Notes: generated by a model not told the origin, from the letters alone. Positions 1-10,071 are shown, numbered from the stretch's first letter. The stretch: 64,000 nucleotides of DNA from Gammaproteobacteria bacterium (GCA_965222615.1 CBDCUI010000009.1:32001-96000); one strand, 5' to 3'. Numbers and translations: made by a program.

Positions 1-86
1 GTAATCAGTACATCGGCCTGAACACTCGCCACTAAACAGGTTGAGAGTAATATGTAGAAAAATGCATTAATTATTTTTTTCATCAT
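1..86 (-). CDS. 5' end (runs off the window) of a second signal-peptide + Rhs-core cartridge gene
   Basis: Minus strand reads MMKKIINAFFYILLSTCLVASVQADVLIT..., nearly identical to the N-terminus of the 956-1813 gene; not in the ORF track because it is truncated. Confidence 0.85.
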   Translation of the reverse strand, partial: MMKKIINAFFYILLSTCLVASVQADVLI

Positions 87-130
87 TCTTATAGCTTTAC
101 AATTTCTAGTTTGACATTGTATTAGAGTGA
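1..130. repeat. Direct repeat of 1728-1857 (cartridge 5' UTR plus signal-peptide coding region)
   Basis: Manual alignment at offset 1727: 9 mismatches in 130 nt; includes about 44 nt upstream of the ATG. Confidence 0.95.
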
Positions 131-318
131 AGCTCTAGAAGCAGTTCGAGACAGAGTTTGCGATGTGGTCGTTATGAAGGGTTATATGTATCGGTATCCA
201 GCACCACGATTCATAACATGATACCAGGCTCTTGGAAATTCGAGTACGTAACAAACAGGACATGAACAAATTATATTATCATCTGCTCTGTACAATAGAC
301 TTGACGTCAATACTTTAC

Positions 319-930
319 CTATATTTTATTTTGCTGATCATTTACCCAGAGAAAGGCTGCTTGTGCTTCCTTATATTCTTCAGGGTATTGATCAGATCTG
401 AAAATTTCGAGTGAACTTTTTAAGTATTTGTGGGACTCTTTTAACATATTTTTTATTTCTTTTTGTTCAAATTCACTTGAAAAATTAAGTACCAATTCAT
501 TAAGGGAATACGCAATATAAGCTTTTATGCTAGCAAGCAATTCTTTGTCCGCTTCATAATATTTGCCAATAAGCGCTTGTTTGTAATGGTAAATACAGCG
601 TGTAAGATTGTTGACGCGATTATTTTGGGGGCGTTCGTAATAAGCCCAACCCAAATTTTTCTGAAGCTTGCTCCATTCGTCAGATAGTGGTTCGAGTTGA
701 GAAATCAATTGTTCAAAGATCTGAATAGCTTCATCACAAGTATTCTTGAAATTATCTTCTACATTTAGCAAAGCAATTGCTAGAACTTTCTTAGCGTAGT
801 AAAGCTTATCGGTTTTCAATGTTGGTATATGCTGGATAGCATTTCTGCATAGTTCAATACATTTTTCCCACTCTTGATTGAGATAGGCTTCTTTAATTTT
901 ATCTAGATACAATGATGATTCTTTTTTCAA
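319..930 (-). CDS. Helical/TPR-like protein, putative immunity protein for the upstream Rhs toxin tip
   Basis: 203-aa ORF starting 25 nt after the toxin gene stop; TPR-like segment (LQKNLGWAYYERP...CIYHYKQAL); position is typical of toxin-immunity pairs. Confidence 0.6.
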   Translation of the reverse strand: MKKESSLYLDKIKEAYLNQEWEKCIELCRNAIQHIPTLKTDKLYYAKKVLAIALLNVEDNFKNTCDEAIQIFEQLISQLEPLSDEWSKLQKNLGWAYYERPQNNRVNNLTRCIYHYKQALIGKYYEADKELLASIKAYIAYSLNELVLNFSSEFEQKEIKNMLKESHKYLKSSLEIFRSDQYPEEYKEAQAAFLWVNDQQNKI

Positions 931-955
931 TTATTTACCTAAATCTTTGTTCAGT

Positions 956-1813
956 TTACCCGCCTTCATTCATTCGATTTTTAATCCTTTGTTTTGTTTT
1001 TCCTCCTGGTTGATCAGGATAAGCGTCCTTGATTCCTCGTTCTTTATCGATCAATTCATCTACACCACCTTGCTTTTGATCTTTATGTGCTTGGGTCATA
1101 TCACCAAAATGCTCATCTCGCTCCTTTTGTTTTTTTGTTCTTTCTTTATCATGCTTACGTCGTTCTTTTGCGCTTAGTTTTTTAGGAGTCTCTTCTTTGA
1201 TTTCATCCGCACTAGTATCATTAGATTCCCCATCGTCACCACTATTTGATTCATTATTGAATGCACTGCTACCTGAAATATCAGGACCGATCGAGATAGT
1301 GTTTGGGTTTCTATCTAATATGTCTAGAGTGTTCTGAATAGTATTTACGGCAACAGCTGCAACGACTACTGTAAATGCTAGAAACCCAAATACTACTACT
1401 GCGTTCTCCCCATCCGGATCTACATACTTATACGGATTATTATTAACAAAAGCATAGCGGTTGAAAGAGTGCAGATTGGCCGGGTCCACACCAACTGGAT
1501 CTACCGCCATAAACCGCCCAATCTTAGAATCACAATAGCGGGCTCCAAGATAGGTTAAGCCCGTTGCCTCGTCTAAAGGTTTGCCGGTATGCCATTGTCG
1601 ATTATTTTTTGATTTGGGATCCTTCTCTACTCGCTCGCCAAAAGGCATATATTCTTCCTGCCACAACAGGGTTCCATTCTCATCCGTGGCGGCCACTGGT
1701 GAGCCCAACAAATCATTGTGGTAATAGGTAATCAGTACATCGGCCTGAACACTCGCCACCAAAAAGATTGAGAGCAGAATGTAGAAAAATGCATTAATTA
1801 TTTTTTTCATCAT
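956..1813 (-). CDS. Signal peptide + Rhs-associated core + variable C-terminal (toxin) domain
   Basis: MMKKIINAFFYILLSIFLVASVQA|D signal peptide; core motifs YYHNDLLGSP, YMPFGE, GLTYLGARY, GRFMAVDPVG, NPYKYVDPDG; then a hydrophobic segment and a charged tip. Start placed at 1813 because the upstream ATG (1849) is ATA in the second copy. Confidence 0.9.
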   Translation of the reverse strand: MMKKIINAFFYILLSIFLVASVQADVLITYYHNDLLGSPVAATDENGTLLWQEEYMPFGERVEKDPKSKNNRQWHTGKPLDEATGLTYLGARYCDSKIGRFMAVDPVGVDPANLHSFNRYAFVNNNPYKYVDPDGENAVVVFGFLAFTVVVAAVAVNTIQNTLDILDRNPNTISIGPDISGSSAFNNESNSGDDGESNDTSADEIKEETPKKLSAKERRKHDKERTKKQKERDEHFGDMTQAHKDQKQGGVDELIDKERGIKDAYPDQPGGKTKQRIKNRMNEGG

Positions 1814-1872
1814 TCTTATATCTTTACAATTTCTAGTTTGACATTGCATTAGTGTGAAAAGGAAATTCGATA

Positions 1873-4800
1873 TTAGTTACCACCTGAAGTCACATCCACT
1901 TTATCCAAAGCCATGCGTTCACTACCTGAATCAGGATTAGGACCTGTTGCTGTGAAGCGCAAATACTTGGTACCACTGGTGGCGAACGTAGTCGACATGG
2001 ATAAAGTTGGGAAGGAAGCACCACTGCTTACCGTATCATTCATTACACCAATTTGGGTGTACGGACCAGCTAAGCTCTCGGCCGCTTCAACTTGAAAAGT
2101 GCCACGTGATACATTCAACTGATACTGAAGATCAAGGCTATAAGTGCCTGCACTACTGACGGTAATCGGGAAAGTGACAAATTCACCGATCGCATTGCTG
2201 TGGTAGAGGAGGAACTGTCCGTTGCTGGCGCCAGTATTAGACTTAATAGAAGTGGTGGTGGTGCCATCACTATCGGCAATGGTGAGGTTTTCAAATTCAA
2301 ACGTAGTGGTTTGCCCTGCGGTCTGAATGGTCCAGGTAAAGGAAGCGTTATCGGTGCCACCATTGCCATCGTCTACTGTAACAGTGGTATTAAACGTATT
2401 TGCAGTGGTTACAGTACCGGTAATGAGGCCGGTGGCACTATTAATGCTCAATCCTGTAGGTAGTCCGGTTGCGCTGTAAGTTAAGGTGTCTCCGGCATCC
2501 GGATCACTGGCTTGAATTTGTACACTCACACTGCCGCCTTCGGTGTGAGTTTGATTGCCAGGGTTCGTAATGGTGGGGGGATTATTACTGCCACCACTAG
2601 TTTGTACATCCCAAGTAAAGCTGGCAGTGTCGCTGCCGCCATTGCCATCATCGACAGTTACGATGGGGTTAAAGGTTCCCGCTGTCGTTACCGTACCATT
2701 GATAAGTCCCGAACTGTTGTTAATACTTAATCCAGTAGGTAAGCCCGTTGCACTGTAAGTTAAGGTGTCTCCAGCATCCGGATCACTGGCTTGAATTTGT
2801 AAACTCACACTGTCGCCTTCGGTATGTGTTTGTGTGCCCGGATTGGTGACTGTCGGGGGAGTGTTGTTAGGACCTCCACCGCCCGAGGTTACATCCACTT
2901 TATCCAAGGCCATGCGTTCACTACCTGAATCAGGATTAGGACCTGTTGCTGTGAAGCGCAAATACTTGGTACCACTGGTGGCGAACGTAGTCGACATGGA
3001 TAAAGTTGGGAAGGAAGCACCACTGCTTACCGTATCATTCATTACACCAATTTGGGTGTACGGACCAGCTAAGCTCTCGGCCGCTTCAACTTGAAAAGTG
3101 CCACGTGATACATTCAACTGATACTGAAGATCAAGGCTATAAGTGCCTGCACTACTGACAGTAATCGGGAAAGTGACAAATTCACCGATCGCATTGCTGT
3201 GGTAGAGGAGGAACTGTCCGTTGCTGGCGCCAGTATTAGACTTAATAGAAGTGGTGGTGGTGCCATCACTATCGGCAATGGTGAGGTTTTCAAATTCAAA
3301 CGTAGTGGTTTGCCCTGCGGTCTGAATGGTCCAGGTAAAGGAAGCGTTATCGGTGCCACCATTGCCATCGTCTACTGTAACAGTGGTATTAAACGTATTT
3401 GCAGTGGTTACAGTACCGGTAATGAGGCCGGTGGCACTATTAATGCTCAATCCTGTAGGTAGTCCGGTTGCGCTGTAAGTTAAGGTGTCTCCGGCATCCG
3501 GATCACTGGCTTGAATTTGTAGACTCACACTGCCGCCTTCGGTGTGAGTTTGATTGCCAGGGTTCGTAATGGTGGGGGGATTATTACTGCCACCACTAGT
3601 TTGTACATCCCAAGTAAAGCTGGCAGTGTCGCTGCCGCCATTGCCATCATCGACAGTTACGATGGGGTTAAAGGTTCCCGCTGCCGTTACCGTACCATTG
3701 ATAAGTCCCGAACTGTTGTTAATACTTAATCCAGTAGGTAAGCCCGTTGCACTGTAAGTTAAGGTGTCTCCAGCATCCGGATCACTGGCTTGAATTTGTA
3801 AACTCACACTGTCGCCTTCGGTATGTGTTTGTGTGCCCGGATTGGTGACTGTCGGGGGAGTGTTGTTAGGACCTCCACCGCCCGAGGTTACATCCACTTT
3901 ATCCAAGGCCATGCGTTCACTACCTGAATCAGGATTAGGACCTGTTGCTGTGAAGCGCAAATACTTGGTACCACTGGTGGCGAACGTAGTCGACATGGAT
4001 AAAGTTGGGAAGGAAGCACCACTGCTTACCGTATCATTCATTACACCAATTTGGGTGTACGGACCAGCTAAGCTCTCGGCCGCTTCAACTTGAAAAGTGC
4101 CACGTGATACATTCAACTGATACTGAAGATCAAGGCTATAAGTGCCTGCACTACTGACGGTAATCGGGAAAGTGACAAATTCACCGATCGCATTGCTGTG
4201 GTAGAGGAGGAACTGTCCGTTGCTGGCGCCAGTATTAGACTTAATAGAAGTGGTGGTGGTGCCATCACTATCGGCAATGGTGAGGTTTTCAAATTCAAAC
4301 GTAGTGGTTTGCCCTGCAGTTTGAATAGTCCAGGTAAAGGAAGCGTTATCGGTGCCACCATTGCCATCGTCTACTGTAACAGTGGTATTAAACGTATTTG
4401 CAGTGGTTACAGTACCGGTAATGAGGCCGGTGGCACTATTAATGCTCAATCCTGTAGGTAGTCCGGTTGCGCTGTAAGTTAAGGTGTCTCCGGCATCCGG
4501 ATCACTGGCTTGAATTTGTAGACTCACACTGCCGCCTTCGGTGTGAGTTTGATTGCCAGGGTTCGTAATGGTGGGGGGATTATTACTGCCACCACTAGTT
4601 TGTACATCCCAAGTAAAGCTGGCAGTGTCGCTGCCGCCATTGCCATCATCGACAGTTACGATGGGGTTAAAGGTTCCCGCTGCCGTTACCGTACCATTGA
4701 TAAGTCCCGAACTGTTGTTAATACTTAATCCAGTAGGTAAGCCCGTTGCACTGTAAGTTAAGGTGTCTCCAGCATCCGGATCACTGGCTTGAATTTGTAA

Positions 4801-7800
4801 ACTCACACTGTCGCCTTCGGTATGTGTTTGTGTGCCCGGATTGGTAACTGTCGGGGGAGTGTTGTTCGATGAATTTGGATCTGTACCATTACGTATTTCA
4901 ACACAATCAGGAATTTGATCGCTATCGGAATCCGTTGAGCAGTCATCCCTTCTTGCAAAAAGCGAATTATTTAAATAAATATAATCTGTGTAATCTCCTG
5001 TCTGTGGATTCTTTTCGTGGAGTAACTGTCCATTTTGGCCATAGACTGAATATTTAATAATGTTTCCATTGTCACGTTCTATGGTGCGACGGTTATTGGC
5101 ATCATATTCATAATCCATATCTAAGCTTGATGAATCAACTGAAATCAGATTAGAGAGATCATCGTAGACGAAAGTTTGCATATTAGTTCCACGTTGGGTA
5201 ATGTTTCCGTACGCATCATAAGTAATGTTGTTGTAGTCACTCATCCCAGAAACTGAAGTTAACCTATTGGAAGCATCATAACTATAGGTTCTTACTGCCC
5301 CATCGATTAGCTTAGAGGTAATATTTCCAGTAGCGGAATAAGTGGCAGACCAGTTTAAATCACCTGATATGGAAGTTAGCCGATCTGCAGCGTCATAACT
5401 TAAAGCTTTATTTGTGGATCGTACTTGGTCATTAATATTTGTAATATTTGCTTTACCATCATAGGTGTAGGTTAGATTAACAATATCTGAGGCGCCACCC
5501 ACAAAACTTTGTAGAGTTTTTGGGAAAAGACGGTTGTTAAACTGAATATCTGAGACTGCACCATTTGCATATAAGATTGAATCGGGCCACCCAGTTAAAT
5601 GTGGTGTTACAGTAGAAGTGTTCCCATCAAAGTTTACATTACGAGGCCTACCAAGATTATCAGGATTGTAGGCAACTGTGATTCCGCTACCAACTCCAGT
5701 TGCACCTGGATAGGTTATGGTATTTAGAAAATCTAAACTACTATAAGTATAGTTCAACTTCATAGAATCTGTACCCATAGTGAGTTTTTCTTCAGTTAAA
5801 TTATCATTTGGGTCATAGATATAGTCCCAAGTAATGCTATCTTTAATAGATTTAGTGACATTATCATTTGCATCATAGATAAAGGTAACGTTTGGTGAAC
5901 TTGATCCGGGGTAGCGAATAAACTCCAATCGATTTAAATCATCATATTCAAATGTAGTGGTGCCAGAAGCACCAACTTTTCTCGAGGTTAAATTTCCCGA
6001 TGCATCACGACCAAGAATAGTAGTGCCCGTCTCAGGGTTAACGATAGAAGTTAAATATTTTCTAGAGTCATAGCCATATGCTCTATTCATACCACCTTGG
6101 TTGACCGCAGTAATTTGATCTAAGTTGTTTCTAGTAATAGTGGTTGGAATAATTGTGGTTCCACTTGAATTTTTTACATTAATACCAGTGAGTGAACGTT
6201 TGTTGGAATCGCCATAGGACCGATAGATTAGATCTGTATCTAGTCCACGTTCATTGGTTATACGCACAGTATTGTTATTAGTTAAATAGTTATAACTGAC
6301 ATTAACATTTGCACCATTTTCCGGATTTGGTTTTGAGATATTAGTAATACGATCAAGCGCATCGTAACTAAATGATGTGGGTCGATTAGGATTAGTGCCT
6401 TGATAAGGTTGTGCGGTCTGTATTAAACGTCCAGTAGCATCATAAACTGATTCATTTGTGATCGTAATTCCACGTGCTAAGTCTGAGGTTTCTCTTTTAA
6501 CCACTCGGCCAAATCCATCATAGCGCAAAATGTCTCTAAACTTATTAGCCCCACGCGTGAGGGTTCTTCTTGCTTGGCTGGAATCATTCACACTCCAAAC
6601 TATATTGACCGAATCATTGTGAGGTGGATCAATTAAGGTCAGTCGCTTTAAACTATCGTAGTCAAAATTTGTTTGAAACCCGCGACCGTTTCTTTCCCAA
6701 TTAATAGTGCCGTCTTGTTGATTGACATCACGCGTGATGATTTTACCTTCTGGATGATTTTCTGTTTCTGGAATGCCGCGGAAAAAGTTACTGAATGTAC
6801 GAATTTTTCCTCTGGGGTCCGTAATCTGGTTTACGTTTCCGTATAAGTTATCGTATTGAAATGAATTTGTTACACCATAGCGATTTTCTGATGTAACTTG
6901 TCCTTTATTGTTAAACGTACGAGTAATATTTCCAGGAATACCAGAAACTGCTTCTGTTTTCGTTAAACGCGTAAACCAATTGAATAAATTTGCAGTTTCA
7001 AAGGTTAAATCGGTAGTTTTAGTAGGGGTAGTAGCACTACCATTTTTACCAGTTTCAATAATTTTTTTGGCGTTACCATAGAAGTCATAATCAGCCAGTG
7101 GAAATTGTGTAATGTATGTAGCGCCGTCACGTACTGTATCTACACGTGTAAGTAATGGTGCAAAGACATCGTTATCGAATTTTGTTTCTCGAAATGGCCT
7201 TTTATGTAGTTGGTCCGAAATTTTTGATTTGGCACTTGCATCATTTTGCCAAGTCATCGTTTCTGTTTGTAAAGTTACATTTGATAAGCTTTTAATTTGT
7301 TTCTCTTGCATTAGACCCACTTTCCATAAATCACCAGTTTGATTTATGGTGTGAAAACTGAAGTGTTTGTATACAAATATCCCATGTGGTGCCGTTACAG
7401 TCGTAGTTTGTGGAGTCCCGGGGGCGGCACTAAATGGCACATTAAAATCATACGTCCATGTGCCAGGTGTGATGGATTGTCCACTCACTGCTCTTGTTTT
7501 AATGGACGTAGTCAAATCATTCGTATTAAAGCAAGTCCCTTGAGTATTGTTTGGTTCAAAACAAACTTTTTGATAGGTGTAATCAATGTTACCGTTCCAC
7601 GGCGTTGTGATTTGTTTTAATGCATGAGCACCTGCGCCAGTTGGGTTGCTTCCAGGCGTACCATTTCCATCATAATAGTTATAGCGCCAGCTAGAAAAAT
7701 CTTGACGCCTAACTCTTGTTAAGTGATAAAACGTTCCTGATACTCCAGAAACTAAACTGTATTCATAGATCCATTGAGATAAAATATCTGAAATCATTGT

Positions 7801-8670
7801 GACACGTGCATACGCTTGTGATGCATCCGCATATGTTAAGGTAACTGGATTGCCTTGTTGTACTCCACTAATATTTTTCATCGTAAGTGTATTCACGAGG
7901 TGCCCATGGCTTGGGCGGTTTATATAGGTGATATCAATATGGTTGCCAGAAGAGTGAATGATTCGAGTGGTGTAAAGTGTACCGGTTCCTGTATTTCTGG
8001 CACCCATTTCATATATTTTTCCATCGGGTGATGTGATGACTAATCCTTGAAATGATTGGCCAGCGCCGTCAAGTCCACTAGGCTGTGTAAAGTTTTGACA
8101 TCTAGCTCGCCAACGATCTGTAGTGATGTAATCGTTTGTAGTAATACCTGCTTGAGTCAAACTGGAACGATATAAAATTCTGCGACTGCCATCTTCACGT
8201 TCAAAAACCGGGCTATTTTCAGTGGTTTCCGTAGATTGAACTTGTGGACAAGTAGTGAAACTATTTACGTTTAATACCCGACCATAATTAATTGTCCAGC
8301 CTACACCTGCTCCAGTACTTGCAGTTCCAGATTCACCGCTAGTCAGCGAACCATTTTGTGGTGGTGTGTATACTCTACGTACTTCTAAATTAAATCCTGC
8401 ATGACCTGGAATAAATAAATCGACTTGTTGAACATTTAAAGCCCCAGAAAAATTATCAATAAAATCTACATCATTCTGATTTAGATAATCTCTAAAAGGA
8501 TAGAACCCTGGTTCGGAATAAAAATCAGGGATATGATTGGCGTACGTATTCGATGCTACTAATAAAAGTAAAAGCAGAACACGAAAAGTAAATTTAAAAG
8601 TTTTTAAAAATGGTTGTTTGCGATTAAGTAATTTGAAAATATAGACACACCAACCAGAATAGTTTTTCAT
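1873..8670 (-). CDS. Large secreted YD/RHS-repeat protein with C-terminal TSP3-like linker and 3x(Ig-like He_PIG x2 + CBM6/35-like) tail; no Rhs core
   Basis: Signal peptide (VLLLLLLVASNTYA); DUF6531-like DNFSGALNVQQVDLFIPG; many YD repeats (YDGFGR, YDALDR, YDDLNRL, YDAYGN); He_PIG motif LTYSATGLPTGLSINSATGLITGT; no DPxG core. Confidence 0.9.
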   Translation of the reverse strand: MKNYSGWCVYIFKLLNRKQPFLKTFKFTFRVLLLLLLVASNTYANHIPDFYSEPGFYPFRDYLNQNDVDFIDNFSGALNVQQVDLFIPGHAGFNLEVRRVYTPPQNGSLTSGESGTASTGAGVGWTINYGRVLNVNSFTTCPQVQSTETTENSPVFEREDGSRRILYRSSLTQAGITTNDYITTDRWRARCQNFTQPSGLDGAGQSFQGLVITSPDGKIYEMGARNTGTGTLYTTRIIHSSGNHIDITYINRPSHGHLVNTLTMKNISGVQQGNPVTLTYADASQAYARVTMISDILSQWIYEYSLVSGVSGTFYHLTRVRRQDFSSWRYNYYDGNGTPGSNPTGAGAHALKQITTPWNGNIDYTYQKVCFEPNNTQGTCFNTNDLTTSIKTRAVSGQSITPGTWTYDFNVPFSAAPGTPQTTTVTAPHGIFVYKHFSFHTINQTGDLWKVGLMQEKQIKSLSNVTLQTETMTWQNDASAKSKISDQLHKRPFRETKFDNDVFAPLLTRVDTVRDGATYITQFPLADYDFYGNAKKIIETGKNGSATTPTKTTDLTFETANLFNWFTRLTKTEAVSGIPGNITRTFNNKGQVTSENRYGVTNSFQYDNLYGNVNQITDPRGKIRTFSNFFRGIPETENHPEGKIITRDVNQQDGTINWERNGRGFQTNFDYDSLKRLTLIDPPHNDSVNIVWSVNDSSQARRTLTRGANKFRDILRYDGFGRVVKRETSDLARGITITNESVYDATGRLIQTAQPYQGTNPNRPTSFSYDALDRITNISKPNPENGANVNVSYNYLTNNNTVRITNERGLDTDLIYRSYGDSNKRSLTGINVKNSSGTTIIPTTITRNNLDQITAVNQGGMNRAYGYDSRKYLTSIVNPETGTTILGRDASGNLTSRKVGASGTTTFEYDDLNRLEFIRYPGSSSPNVTFIYDANDNVTKSIKDSITWDYIYDPNDNLTEEKLTMGTDSMKLNYTYSSLDFLNTITYPGATGVGSGITVAYNPDNLGRPRNVNFDGNTSTVTPHLTGWPDSILYANGAVSDIQFNNRLFPKTLQSFVGGASDIVNLTYTYDGKANITNINDQVRSTNKALSYDAADRLTSISGDLNWSATYSATGNITSKLIDGAVRTYSYDASNRLTSVSGMSDYNNITYDAYGNITQRGTNMQTFVYDDLSNLISVDSSSLDMDYEYDANNRRTIERDNGNIIKYSVYGQNGQLLHEKNPQTGDYTDYIYLNNSLFARRDDCSTDSDSDQIPDCVEIRNGTDPNSSNNTPPTVTNPGTQTHTEGDSVSLQIQASDPDAGDTLTYSATGLPTGLSINNSSGLINGTVTAAGTFNPIVTVDDGNGGSDTASFTWDVQTSGGSNNPPTITNPGNQTHTEGGSVSLQIQASDPDAGDTLTYSATGLPTGLSINSATGLITGTVTTANTFNTTVTVDDGNGGTDNASFTWTIQTAGQTTTFEFENLTIADSDGTTTTSIKSNTGASNGQFLLYHSNAIGEFVTFPITVSSAGTYSLDLQYQLNVSRGTFQVEAAESLAGPYTQIGVMNDTVSSGASFPTLSMSTTFATSGTKYLRFTATGPNPDSGSERMALDKVDVTSGGGGPNNTPPTVTNPGTQTHTEGDSVSLQIQASDPDAGDTLTYSATGLPTGLSINNSSGLINGTVTAAGTFNPIVTVDDGNGGSDTASFTWDVQTSGGSNNPPTITNPGNQTHTEGGSVSLQIQASDPDAGDTLTYSATGLPTGLSINSATGLITGTVTTANTFNTTVTVDDGNGGTDNASFTWTIQTAGQTTTFEFENLTIADSDGTTTTSIKSNTGASNGQFLLYHSNAIGEFVTFPITVSSAGTYSLDLQYQLNVSRGTFQVEAAESLAGPYTQIGVMNDTVSSGASFPTLSMSTTFATSGTKYLRFTATGPNPDSGSERMALDKVDVTSGGGGPNNTPPTVTNPGTQTHTEGDSVSLQIQASDPDAGDTLTYSATGLPTGLSINNSSGLINGTVTTAGTFNPIVTVDDGNGGSDTASFTWDVQTSGGSNNPPTITNPGNQTHTEGGSVSVQIQASDPDAGDTLTYSATGLPTGLSINSATGLITGTVTTANTFNTTVTVDDGNGGTDNASFTWTIQTAGQTTTFEFENLTIADSDGTTTTSIKSNTGASNGQFLLYHSNAIGEFVTFPITVSSAGTYSLDLQYQLNVSRGTFQVEAAESLAGPYTQIGVMNDTVSSGASFPTLSMSTTFATSGTKYLRFTATGPNPDSGSERMALDKVDVTSGGN
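1877..4867. repeat. Three near-identical 999-bp tandem intragenic repeats
   Basis: Sequence at 1892, 2891 and 3890 matches at an exact 999-nt offset; shadow ORFs recur at the same period. Confidence 0.95.
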
Positions 8671-8886
8671 GTGTTCCCCAAATAATTATCGTTTTTATTT
8701 CTAATGAAACTATTTACTCAATTATTATTTTTGTCAAGTTAAGTTAATTTGAAAGATTAGAAGTCAGTTAATATTTAACTTACAACTTATTGAGAAAACT
8801 CTATTTGTTTTATAGCGCCAATAAATTGGCGCATAAATTTTAAACTAAGAAAAAATATAATGACCGGAAATTGTAGTTAGGGTTTA

Positions 8887-10071
8887 TTAATCGCGTCTTA
8901 ATTTATCTGAAATTGCAATGGGAGTTGGATAGCGCAGCACTATTAAATAAGTAGAAAGAATAAAGCTTACAATGGTGCATACCTGAATAAAGTTGGCGGC
9001 TTTGATCGAGATTAATCCGGCACTAAGTGCAACAAAACCTAGTAATAAAGAAAACTCGCTTAACTGGCCTAAACGCACGCCAATTTCATTTGAATCTTGT
9101 TCGGTTTCACCGCTCTTTTTTATTAATAGTTTGAACACAAATGGTTTGATGAACAATAAAACTGCACTGGTAATAATCGCTGGTATCAATAGCTGATAGG
9201 CAAGCCCTATATCTAGACTTGCACCTAAAGAAAAGAAAAATATGACTAAGAAAAAGTCTCGAATTGGCTTTAGGCTTTCAGAAATGAAGAATGAGATCGG
9301 GCCTACTGCAATCGAGACTCCTGCAATGAAAGCTCCGGTTTCATGTGATAAGCCAATAAAATAAGCGAGTTCTGCAATCCCCAAGCACCAGCCAATAGCC
9401 AATAGAAAAATGTACTCTTTGATCTTATCGAATTTCGTCATCAATTTGATTAATACATAACGTTCAACTACAAAAGTAAAGGCAATTAAACCCGGTAAGG
9501 CGATAGCAAGTTGAATGATTCCCTTTATAGCGCTGGCGTCATTACCCTGCGTCTCAATAAGAAGCAAAAGCACAATTGCCAAAATATCTTGCAGTAACAA
9601 TATACTTATAATGATTCCACCGACATGTTGGTGATGTAACACGGTTGTGGGGAGAAGTTTTAACCCAATTATGGTGCTGGAAAACATAAATGCACCTGCA
9701 ATGATTAATTGGTCCATAAGCGAAAGTTGCAATATCCAAGCTGCAGCAAAACCAATTAGGGCAAACAGTATTGAGCTTCCAAACGTTATAAGTGTTGATT
9801 GTTTGATTGATGCGAGGAGCTTTTGTGGGTGTAGATTGAGTCCCAATAAAAATAGCAAGAACATGATACCGACTTTGGCGATCTGCCGAGAAAATTCGGT
9901 ATCCGACACAAAATTCAATACTGAAGGCCCAAGAATAATGCCTACAGCTATATATGCGACCAATAATGCTTGTCTGGCAAAAAGAGCTACGGTGGCTAAT
10001 ATGGCCGCACTTGTAAAGATGATAAATATAGAAAATATAATCGATTCAGATGAGGTTATGTTTAAATCCAC
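8887..10071 (-). CDS. Cation:proton antiporter (CPA2 family)
   Basis: Multi-TM protein with AYIAVGIILGP, FLLFLLGL, SSTII, LLLQD and GQLSEF motifs. Confidence 0.85.
   Translation of the reverse strand: MDLNITSSESIIFSIFIIFTSAAILATVALFARQALLVAYIAVGIILGPSVLNFVSDTEFSRQIAKVGIMFLLFLLGLNLHPQKLLASIKQSTLITFGSSILFALIGFAAAWILQLSLMDQLIIAGAFMFSSTIIGLKLLPTTVLHHQHVGGIIISILLLQDILAIVLLLLIETQGNDASAIKGIIQLAIALPGLIAFTFVVERYVLIKLMTKFDKIKEYIFLLAIGWCLGIAELAYFIGLSHETGAFIAGVSIAVGPISFFISESLKPIRDFFLVIFFFSLGASLDIGLAYQLLIPAIITSAVLLFIKPFVFKLLIKKSGETEQDSNEIGVRLGQLSEFSLLLGFVALSAGLISIKAANFIQVCTIVSFILSTYLIVLRYPTPIAISDKLRRD

Noticed and set aside
1814-1849. Longer start (MQCQTRNCKDIR) for the cartridge gene
   Set aside because: The equivalent codon is ATA in the second copy, and MMKK gives a clean signal peptide
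1813-1873. Frameshifted single rhs pseudogene
   Set aside because: About 1000 aa of Ig/CBM tail separates the YD end from the core, and the core gene has its own duplicated signal peptide
1913-4756. Recurrent 60-87 aa ORFs on both strands
   Set aside because: Shadow frames of the 999-bp repeats inside the large Rhs gene
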